A DNA stretch of 64,000 bases from Camelus dromedarius (lineage: Eukaryota): NCBI RefSeq assembly GCF_036321535.1, contig NC_087436.1:30010001-30074000 (forward strand). The letters are read 5' to 3'. Positions 48,040 to 62,740 of the stretch are shown here, piece after piece. The notes under the pieces are model-generated. The model did not search any database and had not been told where the DNA came from. It saw only the letters and a list, made by a program, of their open reading frames with translations. Each line of letters begins with the position of its first letter. Position 1 is the first letter of the stretch. The translations under genes and the position numbers were made by a program.

Positions 48040-50385
48040 AAAGTATCAATTTTGTTCATCTTAAAAAAAAAAAACCAACTTTTAGTTACACTGATTTTTT
48101 CCTATTGTTTTTCTGCTGTCTACATTATTTATTTCTGCTCTTTGTTATTTCCTTCCTTTTGCTGACTTTGGGCTTAGTTTGTTCTTTTTCTAGTTTCTTG
48201 AGGTGTAAAGTTAGATTGAAATCTTTCATTTTTCCTTATATTGGTGCTTATTGCCCTAAACTTCCCTCTTGGAATTGCTTTTGCAGTATCCCACAGATTT
48301 TGGTATATTGTTTTTCCAGTCTTGTTTGTTTCAAGATATTCTTTTGTTTCCTTTATGATTTCCCTTTTGACCCTTCGTTCAGGAGTATGTTGTTTAATTT
48401 CCACCTGTTTATGAATTTTCCAGCTTTCCTCCTGTTACTAATTTCTAGTTTCATACCATTATGGTCAGAAAAGATACCTGTGTTGTCAGTCTTCTTACAT
48501 TTACTAAGATTTGTTTTGTGATCTATCATATCATCTATCCTGAAGAATGTTCAGTGTATATTAGAAAAGAATGTATATTCTGTCGCTGTCAGATGGAATG
48601 TTCAGTGTTTAAATTGGTCCATTTGGTCTACAGTATGGTTTAAGTCCAACATTTCCTTGTTGATTTTCTGTCTTGATGATCTATCCATTGTTGAAAGTGG
48701 GGTATTGAAGTTTCCTAATATAATTGTATTGCTGTCGAATTCTCTTTACAGATCTGTTAGTATTTGTTTAATAGATTTATGTCCTCTGACATTGAGTGCA
48801 TACATATTTACAGTTGCTGTATTTTCTTGATTAATTGGCCCCTTTATGATTATATAATGATCTTCTTTGTCTCTTACCATTTTTGGCTTAAAGTCCTTTT
48901 TGTCTCATGTAAGTATAGCCACTCTTGCTTTCTTTTGGTTTCCACAAGCACAAAATGTCTTTTTTCCATCCATTTACTTTGATCTTATGTGTCCTTATAA
49001 CTGCAGTGAGTCTCATGTGAGTATGAGAGATTTGGGTCTTGTTTTTTTGTTTTTTGTTTGTTTTTAATCCATCTGGATACTCCATGTCTTTTGATTGGAT
49101 AATTCAGTCCATTTGCAGTTAGCGTAACTATGATTAGGAATGGACTTACTAGTGACATTTTATTAATTATTTTCTGGATGCTTTGTAGTTTCTTTGTTTC
49201 TTTCTTTGTCTCTTGATCTCTTCCTTTGTGATTTGGTGATTTTCTAGAGTGGTGTGCTTTGATTCCTTTCTTTATCTTTTATGTATCTTGTATAGATTTT
49301 TGTTTTGTACTTACCATGAGGCTTACATAAATCATAGTTATACAGTGTTTTTTAAGTTAGTAACAACTTAACTAACTCAACTTTTAACACGCACACAAAC
49401 TACATTTTTGCAGCCCCCCACTTTATGTTTTTAATGTCACAGTCTACATACTTTCACACTGTATATCCATTAACAAATTATTGTAGTTACAGTTATTCTT
49501 AATACTTTGGCCTTCTAACCTTTATGCTAGTGTTATAATTTACTTACCCACTACCATTGTAAATTAGAGTATTTTTTAATTTAACTGTATATTTCCTTTT
49601 GCCCGTATGTTTTATACTTTCATATGTTTTCAGGTTACTTATTAACGTACTTTCCATTCCTCTTGAAGAACTCCCTTTAACATTTCTGATGTCTGACATT
49701 TAACAGTTGGGTTGCTAGACTTGTGGACAAGCTGTCTCCAGGCAGTGGCCAGAGACTTAATTTTACTATTGGAGAAAGCTGGGAAGAAACAAAAGGTGAT
49801 GTGGCTACCTGCTTTATCTGGCTTCTGAGAGGATCTGTCATCTCCCAGATGTAGACTGATTACAGGCTAGAACCTCAGGCTGGGAAAATACGCATTCGGA
49901 TGCATTCCAGGGAGAAACTACAAGATGGGTATTTTTACTTGCTTCTCCTGCACTAAGGGGAAGAACACTGCCAGAAGTTTTTCCTTTGAGCACGTGTTTG
50001 GAACTGCTTTCTTGGTTTAATGATCCTGTGGGGCTCCTGAATGCCGAGCCCCACTAGCTATCAGAGCTAGTGATTTGGGGGTCTGTCCCTTGCATGGCAG
50101 CTGCAAAAGCTGGGGTCTTATTTGTGTGGTACAAATCTTTTACTCTTCAGAAGGGGAAGCTAAGAGTTGGGGGCTCCCTCCTAATTGTAAGGTTCTCTGT
50201 GTGGGTGGGGTTTATGGGAAGCTTGTATCTTAGTCTTTCCTCTCTCTGCCAAGGCAGTTATTGTCACAGTTGCCCAGTGTGTAGGAGTGATTTAAGTATT
50301 TTCTGTATTTCTCTTACAGAGAATTGATCCACGTGTAGCTATATATTTGGTGCATGCATGGGAGGAGGGAAATTCAGGAGGCACC
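48040..50385 (-). mobile_element. LINE-1 fragment: 5' UTR-like part, ORF1 end, spacer and ORF2 endonuclease domain
   Basis: ORF 48174..48404 (KEYLETNKTGKTIYQNLWDTAKAIPRGKF) matches L1 ORF2 KKYLETNEN..TYQNLWDAAKAVLRGKF. ORF 48888..49085 (THKIKVNGWKK) matches the endonuclease THRLKVKGWKK. Multiple frameshifts. Confidence 0.92.
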
Positions 50386-51002
50386 TGGTTTTAGGTTGAA
50401 AGAGCTTAAATGGAAATTGTTATCTTTTCTGTCCCTATCAGGGCATGGAATATATAGTGTGAGACACTGACGGTTTTCACTGGAAAGCATAAAACAAAGC
50501 CATATCTCTGAGTCAGAATAAGCCTTTAATAATAAGGTTCAGAAACACAAAATGTGTTCTATGAATAATTTGGGGTAATTTTTTTTTTTGGCTATTTAAT
50601 TGGAAGGAAGGCTCCAAAAATCATAAAAGCAAGAAGCTCTTTGCTATTCAGAGACATTGAATATAAGTTATTTTTCAGTGTCTTTTAGCCTAATGACTTG
50701 CATCTTTTTTCACATAGTGCTGCTGAAGCTTGAGATATTTTAAGTACATTTCCCGGCTGGCTTTGAATCGGGATATGCTGATGGGAGGCTTTGGTCCATG
50801 AGAAGGCTCTAGCAGTTTCTGATGTTCCTAAGCCTCTTACGACGTTCCAGCCCCAGGAGAAGGTACTTGCTTGGAAGTTACAACACTCTCAGTGAGAGCA
50901 CACTAATCCACAGAACCGAAGATTCTGAATTTGACTTAACTCCTCCTATTCCCTGCCTTACTTCTCTTAGCTCCCTTTTGCTCATTCATTCCTTTCAACA
51001 GT

Positions 51003-51112
51003 TATTATTATTATTATTGAGATATAATTGGTATATAACATTATACTAGTTTCAGGTATACATGATATTTACATACAGTGCAAAATGATCACCACGGAAA
51101 TTCTAGTCAACA
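51003..51112 (-). mobile_element. Short L1 3' end with a (TTA)n tail
   Basis: ttattattgagatataattggtatataacattatactagtttcaggtatac...aaatgatcaccac. Confidence 0.8.
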
Positions 51113-51281
51113 CTTTTTAAACAGCTTTCATGTTTCTGTTTGAAATAGCCATTAATAATTGTGTTTTCCTTGCTGGACTCTGATAAAAACTAGTTTCTGA
51201 ATAAATGCTGTTTTATTGCATTAAAATTGGCTGTAAAAACTATTATATCTAAAGAAATGGGGGAAGAGTACACTCAGCTCA

Positions 51282-51447
51282 GGGAGAGGGTATGGCTCAA
51301 GGGGTAGAGTGCTTGCTTCACATGCATGAGGTCCTGGGTTCAATCCCCAGAAACTTCTCTAAAAATAAATAAGTAAATAAACCTAATTACCAACATCCCT
51401 AAAAGGAAAAAAAAAACAAAACTGAAAAAAAGCAAAAAAAAAAAAAA
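51282..51447 (+). mobile_element. tRNA-derived SINE (camelid vic-1-like), second copy
   Basis: gggagagggtatggctcaaggggtagagtgc...catgcatgaggtcctgggttcaatccccag (B box 51337-51346), then aataaataaacctaattac and a long A tail. Homologous to the copy at 32264. Confidence 0.9.
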
Positions 51448-53048
51448 TTTAACTATCTTTAAAAATAAACAAACTTAAAAAAATAAACAAATGGACATAA
51501 TACAGGAATAGGCCCCCATGAAGTTTGTGAACACCAGTTAGGCCAGTTCTGGGAGTAAACAGTGATGGATTCCGTGATGGCAATAGTGGAGAAGCCCTTT
51601 ATGAATGGGAGCTTATTCATAAAGTTTAGAGCTAAACAAGGAAAGGATCTGGACATATGAGGGAATTCCAGAATAAAAAGAATAATATTTCTGATTCTTA
51701 CAAATATGCAGAGGTTTGTTTGGTTTTGTTTTCTTTAAACTACTCTTTGGAGAAAAAAAAAATACTTCCTCATTTCTATCTAAGTGTATTTACCCTCAAT
51801 AATTCAACTTTTTAGGTACAATTTTCCAGAAAGTTCTTCAGAATTTTATTTTAACCCTATGAGAGAAACTTCTTATAATGATCTAAAGCATGAAGATGTT
51901 ATATAAGAAAGAGTTCAATGAGATGTTCTAATAACATGTGTCTCATCGTGTTGTTTCAAACCTTTCTTCATCTTTGTCAAAGTTATTCTTGCCTACAAAA
52001 TAAATGTTTGCTTACAGATGAAAAAAAAGAGTCCATGAAGGGAGGTGGACCAATGTTAGATAAACAATTCATAGAATCATAATAGGTGGCACCATGTGAT
52101 GACAAATTTATTGTAATTAAAACATGAGTATTTGGTGAGTTCTGCATTAAAATTTATAAATATTTTATTTCTAAAATCCTTTAAATACAACAATACTTAT
52201 TCAGGTTTTCTTGGCCTCAGGTAAACCAATAACAATGTCAATGTGTCTCTTTTCAAGGGAGTCACTTTTTTTTTTTTTTTCTCTCATTTCACTTATAATA
52301 TTCCAAGCACAGAAATACGTTTGAATTTCTTAGACCCAGCAGTCTACTGGAGAATTATTTTGAACACTATCATAGAAAGTTTACTTTCAAAAAACATTTT
52401 TTCTAAACAAATTATTCTGATAAGTTATTCATGGATTTTCAGGGGTAACACACAATAACCACAACTTTATATCATGTAGTTCTCATTAGTAGCATTAAAA
52501 ATTTATAATTATTATTTGTTTAGTATTTCTCAAGTGCTAATAGCATATTACAATTTTGGACACGAACTACCATTTCTTTTTAACAGATGCAACCATGGGA
52601 ATGGGAGCAAATAAATCAAGCTCAACAAACCCTGCTGAAGGGATAAGGCTAGGAACCCTTTTTCCTTTTTTCTAGTCCTATTTCTTAGATAACATATTCA
52701 GTGGCTAAAATCACTTTTAACAGAACATAAAATCACCAATTCTACTGGAGGTGAACATTTTACATTGAAAGACTCTTAGAGCAAATACAAAAGGTTGGGT
52801 CACAACCTAAGAACTGCTTTGTTTTCCTTCTTACGTCATTTCACTGATCCCGTGCATGATATCTGTCTGTTGTATAAGCTATTCTTACTGCTGCATTAGG
52901 CACAGAAAAGATGCTGCCTTTTTTTCATACATGCTTACGTTTATATGTGACAGATTAATGTTATGATGTAACTCTTCTTTTGTTCTCCATTTTCCTTCAT
53001 GTATGAATTCTCTATATAAACATAAATGATTTATATATGTATAGATAC

Positions 53049-53050
<2 letters not shown>

Positions 53051-53079
<29 letters not shown>
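53051..53079. repeat. (AT)n microsatellite
   Basis: Directly visible. Confidence 0.92.
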
Positions 53080-53081
<2 letters not shown>

Positions 53082-53726
53082 GTATTAGCACATTATGTTT
53101 TTAAAAATTGAAATGATGGATAAATATAAGAAAGTCATTTCTGAGAGATGAGCATGCACTTCTTTCAAATACCACCTGCATGTGCTCAGAAAATTTAGGA
53201 GTGAGACCTCCTTATGGACTAGAATCTCTAAGAAGATAGAAATGAAGGACAATGCAAAAAAGTCATTATATAGAGAATTACAGGAACCGGCAGGAAACTG
53301 GAAGCTTTCTTTCTTTCCCAAATGCCTTATTTCCACTTCCATTTTGTCATTCTTAAGGTACTTTCCCACACCCTGCAGTCAGCCTTCCAAGCCATTCACA
53401 ATCTTTCTGAGTATCTATTTAAAGCCTTGAAGTTGGTATAAAAGTGGTCACTTTCATCTGTGGACATTTTTAGAGAATCAGTTTTTAATAAAGTTGTGAG
53501 CTATAGCTTCTCCCCATGGAGCAGTCCATCCTAGTGACATTAAGTTAAAATGATGAAGAAAAGTTTTTTAATTTTTTCAAAGCAGTGGTCACAAATTTAT
53601 GGCACTGTGAAAATATTGTCTGTATTCACAAGTCACGTACCCCACTTCCACAGGTAGACCCTTAGGACAAAGGGCTACTTTACATGGCTGGTGATGTTAG
53701 TTTTAAGTTTTTAAACAATTGCCTGC

Positions 53727-54214
53727 TGTATTAGCAAACAAAGGATGCTGCAACCTTCAGGCTACTACGGACACCCCCAGCAGTGAGCCCCGAGGGAACT
53801 CAGGATGGAGACAAAGGGGCTGCCAGCTGCCAAGCCCTCAGCCACTGCAGGCACCCCCAGTGGTGCACCCATAGGGGGCTCAGGAGGGGAAAGAACAGGA
53901 TACTGGCCCTAGATAGCTAAGGTGCATATCAAAGGAATAATTCCAGTGAGTCCAGACTCTTGAATCTTTCCATACATAGAAAAGTGATAAATTCATTAAC
54001 TTGAGATACCCGATTTTCTTTAATTAACAGTAATCTTTTGATGTTCCAACTGCCTAGTTGCAAAACTCCTATATATCCTGGATCCTCCCTTACCTCTTTG
54101 GAGCAGGCCCTCAGAGTTATCTGAGAGGCTGCCTACTGGGCTTGAAGTCCTCAGAAAATCAGCTGAATTAAACACAATTCTCAGCTTTTAGGTTGTGTAT
54201 TTTTTCAGTCAACA
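53727..54214 (+). mobile_element. Solo ERV1-class LTR
   Basis: tgtattagcaaa...cagtcaaca termini, TATA (cctatatatc ~54070), polyA-like attaaa (~54167), and a GC-rich U3 with an internal direct repeat. Confidence 0.85.
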
Positions 54215-55329
54215 GATACATAAAATTAAAAAAGCAATGGAAATTGAATGAAGGAAAGTCGGGGCAGCATTAATATTGAACATGCAAATGGAAGAAAAAA
54301 TTTGGTAAAGTGATTGAATAATACAAAAAATATTTAAATACACTAAAAACAACAGCTTTCTTACAGCAACCACTTAATTTAGATGGCTCAATATAGATAA
54401 GAATTTAATTTCAAAAATAAATATATACTAACTAGTTTCGTCATTATTTTTATTTCCTTGATTCATTTGTAGCTAGTTTTTTACACTTAATATTACATAG
54501 TTCTGAGATAATATCCCTGACCGTGATTCATTTTCAGTCAACAATCAAGGCTGACCTTTCAGGCATCAGGTCTTTTTAGTCTTTCTTGTTGATATTTTCA
54601 GAGTCCATCCTATCATTTTATATTCCCCTAAAAGTTTTCCCACAAGGATTTTAAGCCTGGCTAAAAACAAAGAAAAAGACGAGGAAAAGAAGAGAAGGGT
54701 TGGAGAAGAGATATAGAGAGTGCATATTAAGAAGAGTGAACAATGAGAAGGTAATTAGAATCCATAATGCCTTGGAGATCTGAGAATTCTGAGCCATATA
54801 AGCCTAGGTACTTTGATACTGTGCCTACATATTTCTAATTATAGTTTTGCCTCCAGTTGGAGATTATCAGAAATCTCAGGTATTAGTTTTCTATAAAAAT
54901 AACATATTGCATTTTGGGCCAAGAAAGTATAGGAAGTTTTCAATGAACTATAAATACAGTGATGTTAAGATTCTTAAGAAACCTTTTCAGAACATGAACA
55001 CAATGAAGCAATTTGTATGCAATTATTAAATACGCCCTCATCTTCTGATCTTTCCTATTATAATCAGTAATTACATTTCTTTTAAGAAAAATCCCATAGG
55101 TGTTGCATTTTTAACATTCAATCAAAGAGTTAAATAAATTAATTCCATTTAGTGGTGGATTTCTTTTCCTATATTCACTTACTCTTATCACCATCTTGAG
55201 TTTCATGTGAATTAATATTAAAATATATAATAAAATAATAACCCTAATTTTCTAGCAAATGTTTCTAGCTTTAATTAAAAAAAAAAACAACAAAGCTTAG
55301 TAATCAAGGGACGTCATTTAGCTTTTGAA

Positions 55330-55930
55330 TTTAGCATACATTTACATATGTATGTAGCATACCTATGTTAAGCTTTGTCTTATTATTACAATACCAAATA
55401 GAATGTTCTCCCAGCCTCAGAGTTATTGCCTGGAAGAGGGATTTATGCATGTGAACATTCAAAATGTTTTATTAACTGAAAATAGACATATGCAGATGAT
55501 AATTTGTGAATAAAAAGGAAAATAGTCCATTTTATTTAGGGAAAGTAGTGAAGGTTTTCCTGAAGAGATTAAAATGGCTTTGAGTTTTCAAAGATGAACA
55601 AGTGTTAATGGAAAAGAGAGCTTGGGATGGTGTGGAAGATTGTAGATATAGTTTAGGAAGAAGGGAAATACAAATGTTAGAGTCAAACGTTTGCAATAGC
55701 TTGCTGTTTTCTGGAACTGTATACAATTTTATCAGTCTTGAGAATGAGACCTATCAGTGAGGATTAGGGAAAGGGTGACTACAGAGAGTCCTAAAGAGAG
55801 AAGCAGAGAATCAGAGAAAGCTTAAGGAATTTGTATACAAGTTGAAGAAATACTAACTTTATTTTCCTAAGTAAGGAAAAATCAGTGTTGGATATTATGC
55901 AAAGAAATTACACGATCCTAATTTTTTACC
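55330..55930 (-). mobile_element. L2 fragment
   Basis: gaaggttttcctgaagagattaaaatggctttgagttttcaaagatgaacaag, ttatgcaaagaaattacacgatcctaattt. Confidence 0.6.
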
Positions 55931-58900
55931 CATGATAATACTTGGAATATTTATGATGTATTTATTATTCAAAGTGATTTCTTTTTATCTGTAGGGTTTT
56001 TTTAAAATTGTTACTTTGTAGTGTCCTGATCTCTAAAATTAGACCTTGAGTCTAAGTTTTATTGTTGCAACTAAGAGAAGACACAAATTAGACAGAAAAA
56101 GATGAAACCAATTAGACAGATTCTTTAAAAAGCAAATCATAGATTTAAAGTCAAAGTTTTCCATGAAAAGAACCAGGCTTTTTGAAAGGGGAAATATTTT
56201 TGAAATCTAAAATATTAATTGTCAGATATACTCTGCTTAGTGCTTGCATCACACGCAACTTGGGAGAGAAAATGCAGAATAATTTAAGAGATGCTTTTAT
56301 TTTTTTCTCCTGGCTACCTGGAGGGGAGATAGAAAGATGTGACAGGAAAATCTTTAGAGTGGGAGAGATGAACGATAGAATAAATCCTTTGTAGATGCTA
56401 AGAGTCAGAATGTTAAAAGAAGTTAGAATGTAGAAATCCCATACAAGTTTAGAGTTATCTCAGAGCACTAGAACCCTTATGGTTCACTTCTCACAGTGTA
56501 GTCTTGGTCTACTCTGAGCCTCCTGGAGAAGTTGTGCATCCATTATGATATCTGAGGAGTGACGTAGCAATAGCTCAGTAAGTCAAGTTGACTGAGAGAT
56601 TTTACAGGAGTCCTAGACTGTCTTACAAATCCTTATGTGGCACATGCAGGGAAGGTAACCAAGAGTTCCCGAATACTTTAAAACCTTAAAAATGCATGCT
56701 TTTTTCCCCCCAAAAGTGGATGTGTATTAACTACTTTTATCATTTTATTCACTTCCTTGATACACAGACATTACATATATATTTCTCCAATTCCTTATTT
56801 ATCTAAACTAACAAAATGAAAAAAAAACTCTCCTGAGAAACACTTTCTTTTTCATTTTGATTGTTAATGTTTTGATTTCCTAGATTTCTGTATTCTGCCA
56901 CTTACACTTTAATCTATTTCATGTTCTCAGGATGTTGGGGATGTCAATATCAGATTTAGAATCCAAACTCTAACACTGAGGCAAACTAAGATGTGAGTAA
57001 GCTAAATACTAGACTTCTGTATTATGCAGGTACCCTAGAGGGTATCTTAGCTGAGCCTAGATCGGTAGGTTCTGGGTGATTTTTAGGAGGCATTTGTTCA
57101 ATTTGTCTATGTAGACAAGAATCCCTGAAGTTCTTGGTATCTCCAAATATTAAATCAACTGTTACAGTAAAACAAACAAACATCAGTAAGCTCTACACTA
57201 GAAACAACAACAACAATAAAAGTGACTTGCCTTAAAAAAAAAAGTCTTAGTAAGTAGAACCTTGCATTAACATTGACTTCTAAGTTCAACACCTTTCTAT
57301 TACACTCTGCTAACAACATCAAAGTATGAATCAGTAAAATATAAAATATAATATATTAATAAAAGCAAGTGGAACATTTAACTACTTTAACTTAACAATG
57401 ACATTTTAGGACTTTGAAATATTAAACTAACCTTGGCCATGGTGAGGTTCACATAAGTTAATATGATACCCAAGTGTGAGTAGATAACTCGTCAAAGTAT
57501 TGTTACCAAATGGTTCCAGTAATGATTTTAGTTTAATTTATAATTTATTAATCTAAGCTGTCTTCTTTGAAGTAATAGAAAAAACAAAATTACAGTAATA
57601 TTCTATTTATCTATAGGGTAGAGAAGCTAGCTAGATATTTAGTTTTTGAGATTATATGATTAATGTAGGGCAAACATAAAATGATATGATCTGAGAGAGG
57701 TGGCATCAAACATTTTTTTCCAGAATTGGTTGGGGAAGAAACCACACCATTTTGAGATAAGGGTAAAAAATGACAAAGGATCTTGATTTCAGTAGCGTAC
57801 TGATACACAGCAGAAATGCATATTCTGATTTTTTTAATATTATTTTTAACATCTATGCACTTTTTAAACACCATTACTGAAGTCTTTAATAAACAATAAT
57901 CTATTCTCTGTCTCTGTCTTTTATTATAAGAGAAAGTAGAAATGGAATTAAATTCAAAAATAAAGGAGCCATTGTAAAACCTACTTTTAAAAATAAAGCT
58001 TTTGATTTAAGTCTAGAATATTATTGATTATTTAATGTCATAATATTGGAATAAAAATGAAATGGAGAGTGAGAAGGGGAAAATATGCATGCTATTCATA
58101 ATGAAAAAAAGTAAAAGCAGGTTGAATGAATTATGGTTGCTGTTGTGATGGGACATAACATTCAGTCTGTAATGGAGCATGTAGATAATAGGACAATGCA
58201 CTTAAAAAGAAGCTTTTTGCACAAAATTGAGCATGACATAATTGCAGTTTCAGTTAACAAAAAAGACCTTGATTCCTGGATGTGTTTATCTGAAATATGG
58301 GTGGTAATTCAAAACAAAAAAAAGATGATTTAGATCTTCAAGTAAAATATATATATATATATATGCATATATTTGTGTACATAAACCAGAAAAACAATTC
58401 ATGGTAAATAAATGTCTAAATTGAATCAGTCTAATTCATATTGTATTTTATTGTGTTCTTGGTCAATCAAGAGTCTGATTTGTGAGTGAAATTATTATTG
58501 AAAACCTTAGGTATATTTTGGTTAGGATTTTCAGTGACTGTGGTTTCCTATTATCCACATTATAGTTTTAAGTCTAGCAAATTATTTTTATCAGTTTGCT
58601 GCAAGATAATCAATCTCTGGTGAATTGAGCCTTTTGAATAGGATAATCAACTCTTCATTATAAATCACAATGTCTGTATAGTTAGGGATCTGTATTTACC
58701 ATAAGAAGTTGACAGATCATAAGGCCCTCTTTTGAATATATACAATTAAAATAAGCAATAAAGAGGAAGATATTTTAAAATCTCTGTATGGCTGGACTCT
58801 ACCAGTAAGTGAAATCTTTCATAGAAATAAATACATAAATGTACAAAAGCATTATATTTTAAGGATTGGGTACTCTGTGTATTAAAGTACAGTTTTATAT

Positions 58901-59034
58901 GTCCTCAGGAAATAGTTAACTTAAAATTAAACCTACAAAAAAGCAATTAGAAAGTCTGTAATTTCCACACTGTTTTAAAAGCCATATAAAACATGTAATG
59001 CCTGTATTTCCTCTGTATTCTAATTCTAGAGAGA

Positions 59035-59700
59035 TGCACTTATTTATTAAGTTACTGAGCATATTTAGAGGCATGCCCTATCTCCCAGGCTCTTTGTTAA
59101 AAGCTAGGGTTAGAGATAGATTTAATTTAGCACCCAGTGGAAAATTCAGACAAGAAAATCAAGAATTATAACACAGTATATGAGTACTAAATTTACATGT
59201 ATCCATAGAACGTTACAAAGGCATGGTACAAGATACACCTTCAGTCTGAAGAAGTAAGGGAAGACTAGGACTCAAACTAATAGAACATGTACTAGACCAA
59301 GCCAGAATAAAGTGGTTTTCAGACCCGTAAAGACAAGAAACATATAAAATAATACTAAGTGATGAGTTAAGTAACCAATGTTAAGTAGCTGGGCAACAAA
59401 AATTATCTCAGAGTATCAGACAGTTAAGGCATAGTTCAAAGTCCCCTGTATCATACTAAGATTCAACAAACAGTAAATAGCTATTAAATTATTTTGAACA
59501 GAGTAAGACATGCATGATTAATTTTTATTTAAAAATGCACTTTGAAATGAGTGTGGGTGATGAACTTAAGAAGGCAAATGAGAAATTTTGGAGAGAGAGA
59601 GAAAAGAGAGGAAAGAGAGAGAGAGAGAGAGAGAAACTTTAAGAGGCTGTATTATTTACCTAGGTGAGAGAGTGACCTAAGGCTATAAAGTTGAGAGTGG
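59035..59700 (-). mobile_element. L2 fragment
   Basis: cacttatttatt...gcatatttagaggcatgccctatctcccaggctct, attttgaacagagtaagacatg, gaggctgtattatttacctaggtgagagagtg. Confidence 0.6.
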
Positions 59701-59739
59701 AAATTAATGAAATAGAAAATACATGCTATAGAATGTATA

Positions 59740-62700
59740 GAATAATTTTAAAATAATTTTAAAGCACCATTAAAATTGATAAAAGAAATAAGAAATTTAG
59801 TTAAGGAAAAGAAGAGAGATTGAACATAGACCAATATCATGAGTAAAAAGGACATCATTACAAATGCTTTATACAGTAAAAAGATAACAAGACAGCATTT
59901 CTGCTGATAAACTTCACATTTTTGACGAAATGGACATATTTATCAAATCCTGGACAAAATAATTTATCACAACTGACAGAGAAAAATATAGTAAATGTGA
60001 AGTATCCTATAACTACCAAGGAAATTTAAAGTTAAAGTTAAAATCCACTCTCCTCACAAAGAAAATTTCATAAATGAAGTTCAAACTGTGTCACTAGAGC
60101 TAATGTCTTTCCCTAAAATGTTAAGAAAGAAATAACAGCAGTCTTAATCAGTCATCCAGAATAATAAGTAAATAAATAGAAATATTTCTTAAAATGTTTA
60201 AGGAGGCCAATATAACATAGATACCAACTGTGGAAAACAATGCAAAATAACACTCAAGACCATGAATATCAATACAAAATTCTTAATAATATAGTAGCAA
60301 ACCAATCTAGCTATAAAAAAATAATAACACACCCTCACAAACTTGAGTTTGTTCCAAGAATGCATGTTATTTACTATCAATTAATATAATTCAACAAATT
60401 AGAAGAACAAAGAAGAAAGAGTAAAATGATCACCTCAACATGAAGAAGAGCATTATATTTAACATCCAGTTAATAAAGGAGACCTGTAGAAAAACTTACA
60501 CTAAAGAACATATTAATACCAAAAATTTGTGAATGCTTCTGGACTAGAATGGCCACTGTTAACCCTTCTATTCACTTTTGACCTGGAAACTGTAGCTAGT
60601 GCAATAAGACAAGAAATGTATGAGATGTCTATACAAAAAGCTATAAATCATCAGTGTGACAAATTAAAGGTCCAAATAAATGAAAGTATTAGACGGAACA
60701 ATATAAAATATTACTTTAATAGGCATAAACTATTTAACATAAGCAATTTGGTTTTAATACTCAGTATTGTAAAAATGTGAAATCTTTCCAAATTTATCTA
60801 TTGATTGACCAGAATTCTATAGAAATCCCAATGTTATTTTTGTAGAAATTGATAAGATAATTTGTTTATTTTTTTGGTAACTAGAAATAGCCAAGGACAA
60901 TAAACAGAAATGTGAAGCAGAAGAACACTGATGTACTTATGTTATCGGATGTCAGGTCATATTTAAATTACTGTACTGAAACATTATGATAGCAACATGA
61001 ACATGACCAATAGGGAGTCCAGAAATATAAACAATCCACATATGGACACCTGTTTTATGACAATGATGGCATTGCATGAAAATAGAGAGAAGAAGGTGTT
61101 TCTATAATAGTGCTAGGTTTGAGTTTCAACATGAAGGAAAAAGCAGAACCTAAACCTCTGCCTTGTGTAGTATAATAAACAAAAAACAATTTCTGGTAGC
61201 TCTTAGATCTGAATGTGAAAATTAAAATAATAAGGCTTCTAGCAGATGATAGGTAAAAATGTTTTAATGAACCTTGGGGGAGAAAAATATTTTTTAGATG
61301 AGACAAAAAAATACAAGCTTTAAACAAAAAAAATGTATTAGCCTACATTAAAATGAAGAATTTTTGTTCATTACTAAATGTGAGAATGAAAATGTAAGCC
61401 ATGGAAGGAAAGGACATAGTTGTAACACATACATCCATCAGAGGGCTGTATCTTTAATATAAAATAACTCCTATTGATAAGAAAAAGACAAAATCCCAAG
61501 AGAAATGATTGACAGATTTGAAATGGTGCTTTACCAATGATATCCAATTGAATAAAAAATATGAAAAGTGGCCCAATTTCATTTGTTGTCAGGGGAACAT
61601 AAATTAAAACTAATATGAGATACTAACATCTACCCCTTGAGAATTGCTAAAATTAATAAACTTTTGAATACAAGCTGATATGAAGCAATAACAACTATCA
61701 TTTTGTTCTCATCTGAATGACAATCAAAACCCACTTGGGAAAATGTTAGGCATTTTCTATTAAAGGTAATATGCTATTGCAAGTTTACTAGTGGGTATAT
61801 ACCACAGAAATTTATGCACATATGCACCCAAATGTACAAGAATGTGCTTAGTAAAGTTATTTGTATTTGCCCCAAATTAAAAAAAAAAATGCATCAATAT
61901 TATAATACAAGTAGATTTTTAGCACATTCCCAAAGTTAAATACTGTACAAGAAGGGGTAAACTATATTGACATATAACTATTGATTTATAAGATCTAAAG
62001 ATTCTTTTTTGACAGTGAGACATAATAGCATCACTGGGATAAATGAAAGGCAGACTTTTTGTTGTTGTTGTTATTTACAGCTCTAAATGAGAGAAAGCTG
62101 CCAAGCAAGGACAGGTAGGGTTTGCACCCAGTGTAACAGCAAACTAAAGCTGTAGGGGGCAGCATGTGTATGGGAAATGGGATGCAGTTAGCTAGGTTTT
62201 GTGGAATTCCTGTGGACTGGCTATTTTGAATAATTTCAGCAGACCCTGGCACTTGGTAGATGTGTCTGGTGGTCTGGTACCTAGCCCTGGGGCAATTAGT
62301 TAGTGCTGACGCACAGTGACTCAGAGTATGAGAGCCTGACAAAGGAAGTGTTTAAGATAGGGACTTAATCAGCAGATCATAAAGAGGACCTAACCAACCC
62401 CTAGCCAGGGCCTCAAGACTGAGTCAAGACAGCATTATTTATTATACATATGAATTACAAAGACAATACTTAGTGAAAAAAGCCAAAGGAAATATTCTTC
62501 ACAATTTCATTTATATAAAGATGAACTTTAAAAACAATGATAATATATCCATTCAGAAGTCAATTTAGTAGTTTCTTTGAAGGTCTAGAGAAGAGGTTCT
62601 GATTGAGAGTGGGTATAAGTTGGAGCTCTGAGAGTCTGGTAAAGCTCTTTTTCTTCATTGTATAGTGGTTCACTTTTTCACAATTTATTTAGCTATATAT

Positions 62701-62740
62701 TTACAACATTTTTATGTTAGTTTTATTTCAACAGAAAAAA
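59740..62740 (+). mobile_element. Old, internally deleted LINE-1 ORF2 plus 3' UTR, interrupted by an LTR at ~62010-62448
   Basis: aaaattgataaa, gacatcattacaaat, gaatatcaatacaaaattcttaa, gctagtgcaataagacaagaaa, tttgtagaaattgataag, ccacatatggacacctg, acattaaaatgaagaatttttgttcat, tttcatttatataaag. Confidence 0.85.
62010..62448 (-). mobile_element. Solo ERVL LTR (MER74-like)
   Basis: tttgaataatttcagcag...gtctggtacctagccctgggg...aaaggaagtg...gggacttaatcagc...ctagccagggcctcaagactgagtcaagacagcat, with tg...aca termini. Confidence 0.78.

Noticed and set aside
48000..48521. Longest ORF in the window (173 aa, hydrophobic, membrane-protein-like)
   Set aside because: It is the antisense reading of A-rich L1 ORF2, a well-known source of spurious hydrophobic ORFs.
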